Assembly (NCBI RefSeq): GCF_009914755.1
Contig: NC_060940.1
Reading direction: 5' to 3' (one strand)
From: the human T2T-CHM13v2.0 reference genome, Homo sapiens
DNA length: 64,000 nucleotides
Under the pieces are notes generated by a model. That model was given only the letters and a program-made list of their open reading frames with translations. It was not told the DNA's origin and ran no database searches. Shown piece after piece: positions 61,640 to 64,000 of the stretch; the first letter of the stretch is position 1, and the number at the start of each line of letters is the position of its first letter. The position numbers and the translations under genes were made by a program.

Positions 61640-62470
61640 GTGTCACGCCCAAGGTCAGGCAAAAAGCTGGGGCTGCAATCCGGGCCCTATCCCGAGAGAG
61701 CAACTAAGGAATGACAAGGGGGCACCTGGAAGGGAAGTCAGGTGCGGGCACGGAGGTGCCCCTAGGAACTCCAGAAGGTCGCAGGTGTGCGGCGGGGTGG
61801 AGACAGAGCGGCGGAACCGACGGAAGGACAGGGCACGCCGGGGGCCAGAAGTGGCCGGGAGACCCGGGAGTGAGCAGCCCGCCCGGCCCAGCCCGCCGCA
61901 CTCACCCGAGGCCCGGGCGGGGTCGCCCGGCGCTGCGGCTCCTCCCGGCCTGCGGCGGCGGCGGCGGCGACTGCAGCGGCCGAGGCAGGGACGCATCATG
62001 CGGCCGCGCTCATGGCCGGGCCGGAGCGGGCCCCGCGGCTCGGCTCGGCTTGGTCCCCTGGGTCCCGCCAGGCAGGTCGGAAGGAGGCTGCAGCCAAGCA
62101 AATGCCTCAGCCCGGAGCCTTGGCTGGAGAGCGGGGCGGTGCGAGCGCCGGAAGTGAACCCGACGAGGTCAGTGACGTCACGCCGGCGCAGTTCCGGCCG
62201 CGCAGCTCTCGCGGAGTGGGGCGCTCGAGGCGGTTTGAGGGGACCCGGAGGCTCTTACAAACTGGCAGTTCATTGAGAAAAGGCAGCTTTTAGTCACAGC
62301 CCCTCTCGCTAAGACAGAGATGCCGCCAAACTGAAGTCCGGAGGAGAAAGGATAGGGGCTACGGGCTGCAGCAGGGTCCAAGCCACGCCGTTAGGCTGCG
62401 GAACCGGGTTGGGAATGCCCTTAGCGGAGTGTGTACCCGCGCCCGCGGCGGTGTCTCAGAGGCAGCTCCA
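61640..62470. promoter_or_regulatory. CpG island / ZDHHC7 promoter
   Basis: Very high GC and CpG density. GC box at 62133-62139, ETS CCGGAAGTG at 62148-62156, full CRE TGACGTCA at 62173-62180. No TATA box seen. Confidence 0.9.
61906..62150 (-). other. ZDHHC7: ZDHHC7 exon 1 (5'UTR, GC-rich); TSS approximate
   Basis: Donor CGG|GTGAGT at 61906/61905 inside the CpG island, downstream of the ETS, CRE and GC-box motifs. Confidence 0.85.
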
Positions 62471-62718
62471 GTGGCCTGTACTATATGCGGGGATGTGACC
62501 GAAGGAAATGGGAAAGTAAGGGAGCGGGAGTGGAAATGGCTGAGCCAGAAAGCACTTGGGAAAAGAGGAAAGCGCCCTGAACTGGGGATTGGAGGCCTGA
62601 CTCCTGAGGTCCGCGGAGCCCCCGGCCTCCTCCTTGAGGGACTTGGACACTAGAGCACCGCCACTGTCCCTTCCATATAGGAAGCCCTAAGTGTTTGAAA
62701 GTAGGAACATGTATTTTA

Positions 62719-64000
<1,282 letters not shown>

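Noticed and set aside
61711-62293. Plus-strand Arg/Gly/Pro-rich ORFs over the promoter
   Set aside because: Expected from stop-codon scarcity in a CpG island; no supporting coding signal.

Overview
Primate (almost certainly human) genomic DNA, rich in Alu, MIR, L1, L2 and LTR repeats. It contains the whole ZDHHC7 palmitoyltransferase gene on the minus strand; the location, from memory, is 16q24. I rebuilt the gene from GT-AG boundaries. It has a CpG-island promoter near 62150, two 5'UTR exons (61906-~62150 and 46536-46621) and six constitutive coding exons giving 308 aa, with the DHHC cysteine at residue 160 and a C-terminal EFSV. A 111-nt in-frame cassette exon gives a 345-aa form, and a ~2.2 kb 3'UTR has tandem AATAAA signals. 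Positions 1-24.7 kb are intergenic: repeats, minisatellites and a strong CTCF motif. There is no prokaryote-type system here. The most interesting signals are in splicing and translation. First, a 45-nt frame-preserving triplication covers the zinc-finger exon end and its splice donor. Second, an Arg-rich upstream ORF in exon 1 stops in exon 2 but fuses in frame to ZDHHC7 if exon 2 is skipped. Others include a chain of uORFs in exon 2, an Alu target-site duplication that copied a branch point, paired miR-148/152 8mer sites, and a duplicated antisense splice donor just past the poly(A) site. Repeat family names come from recognising consensus sequences by eye, and their boundaries are approximate.
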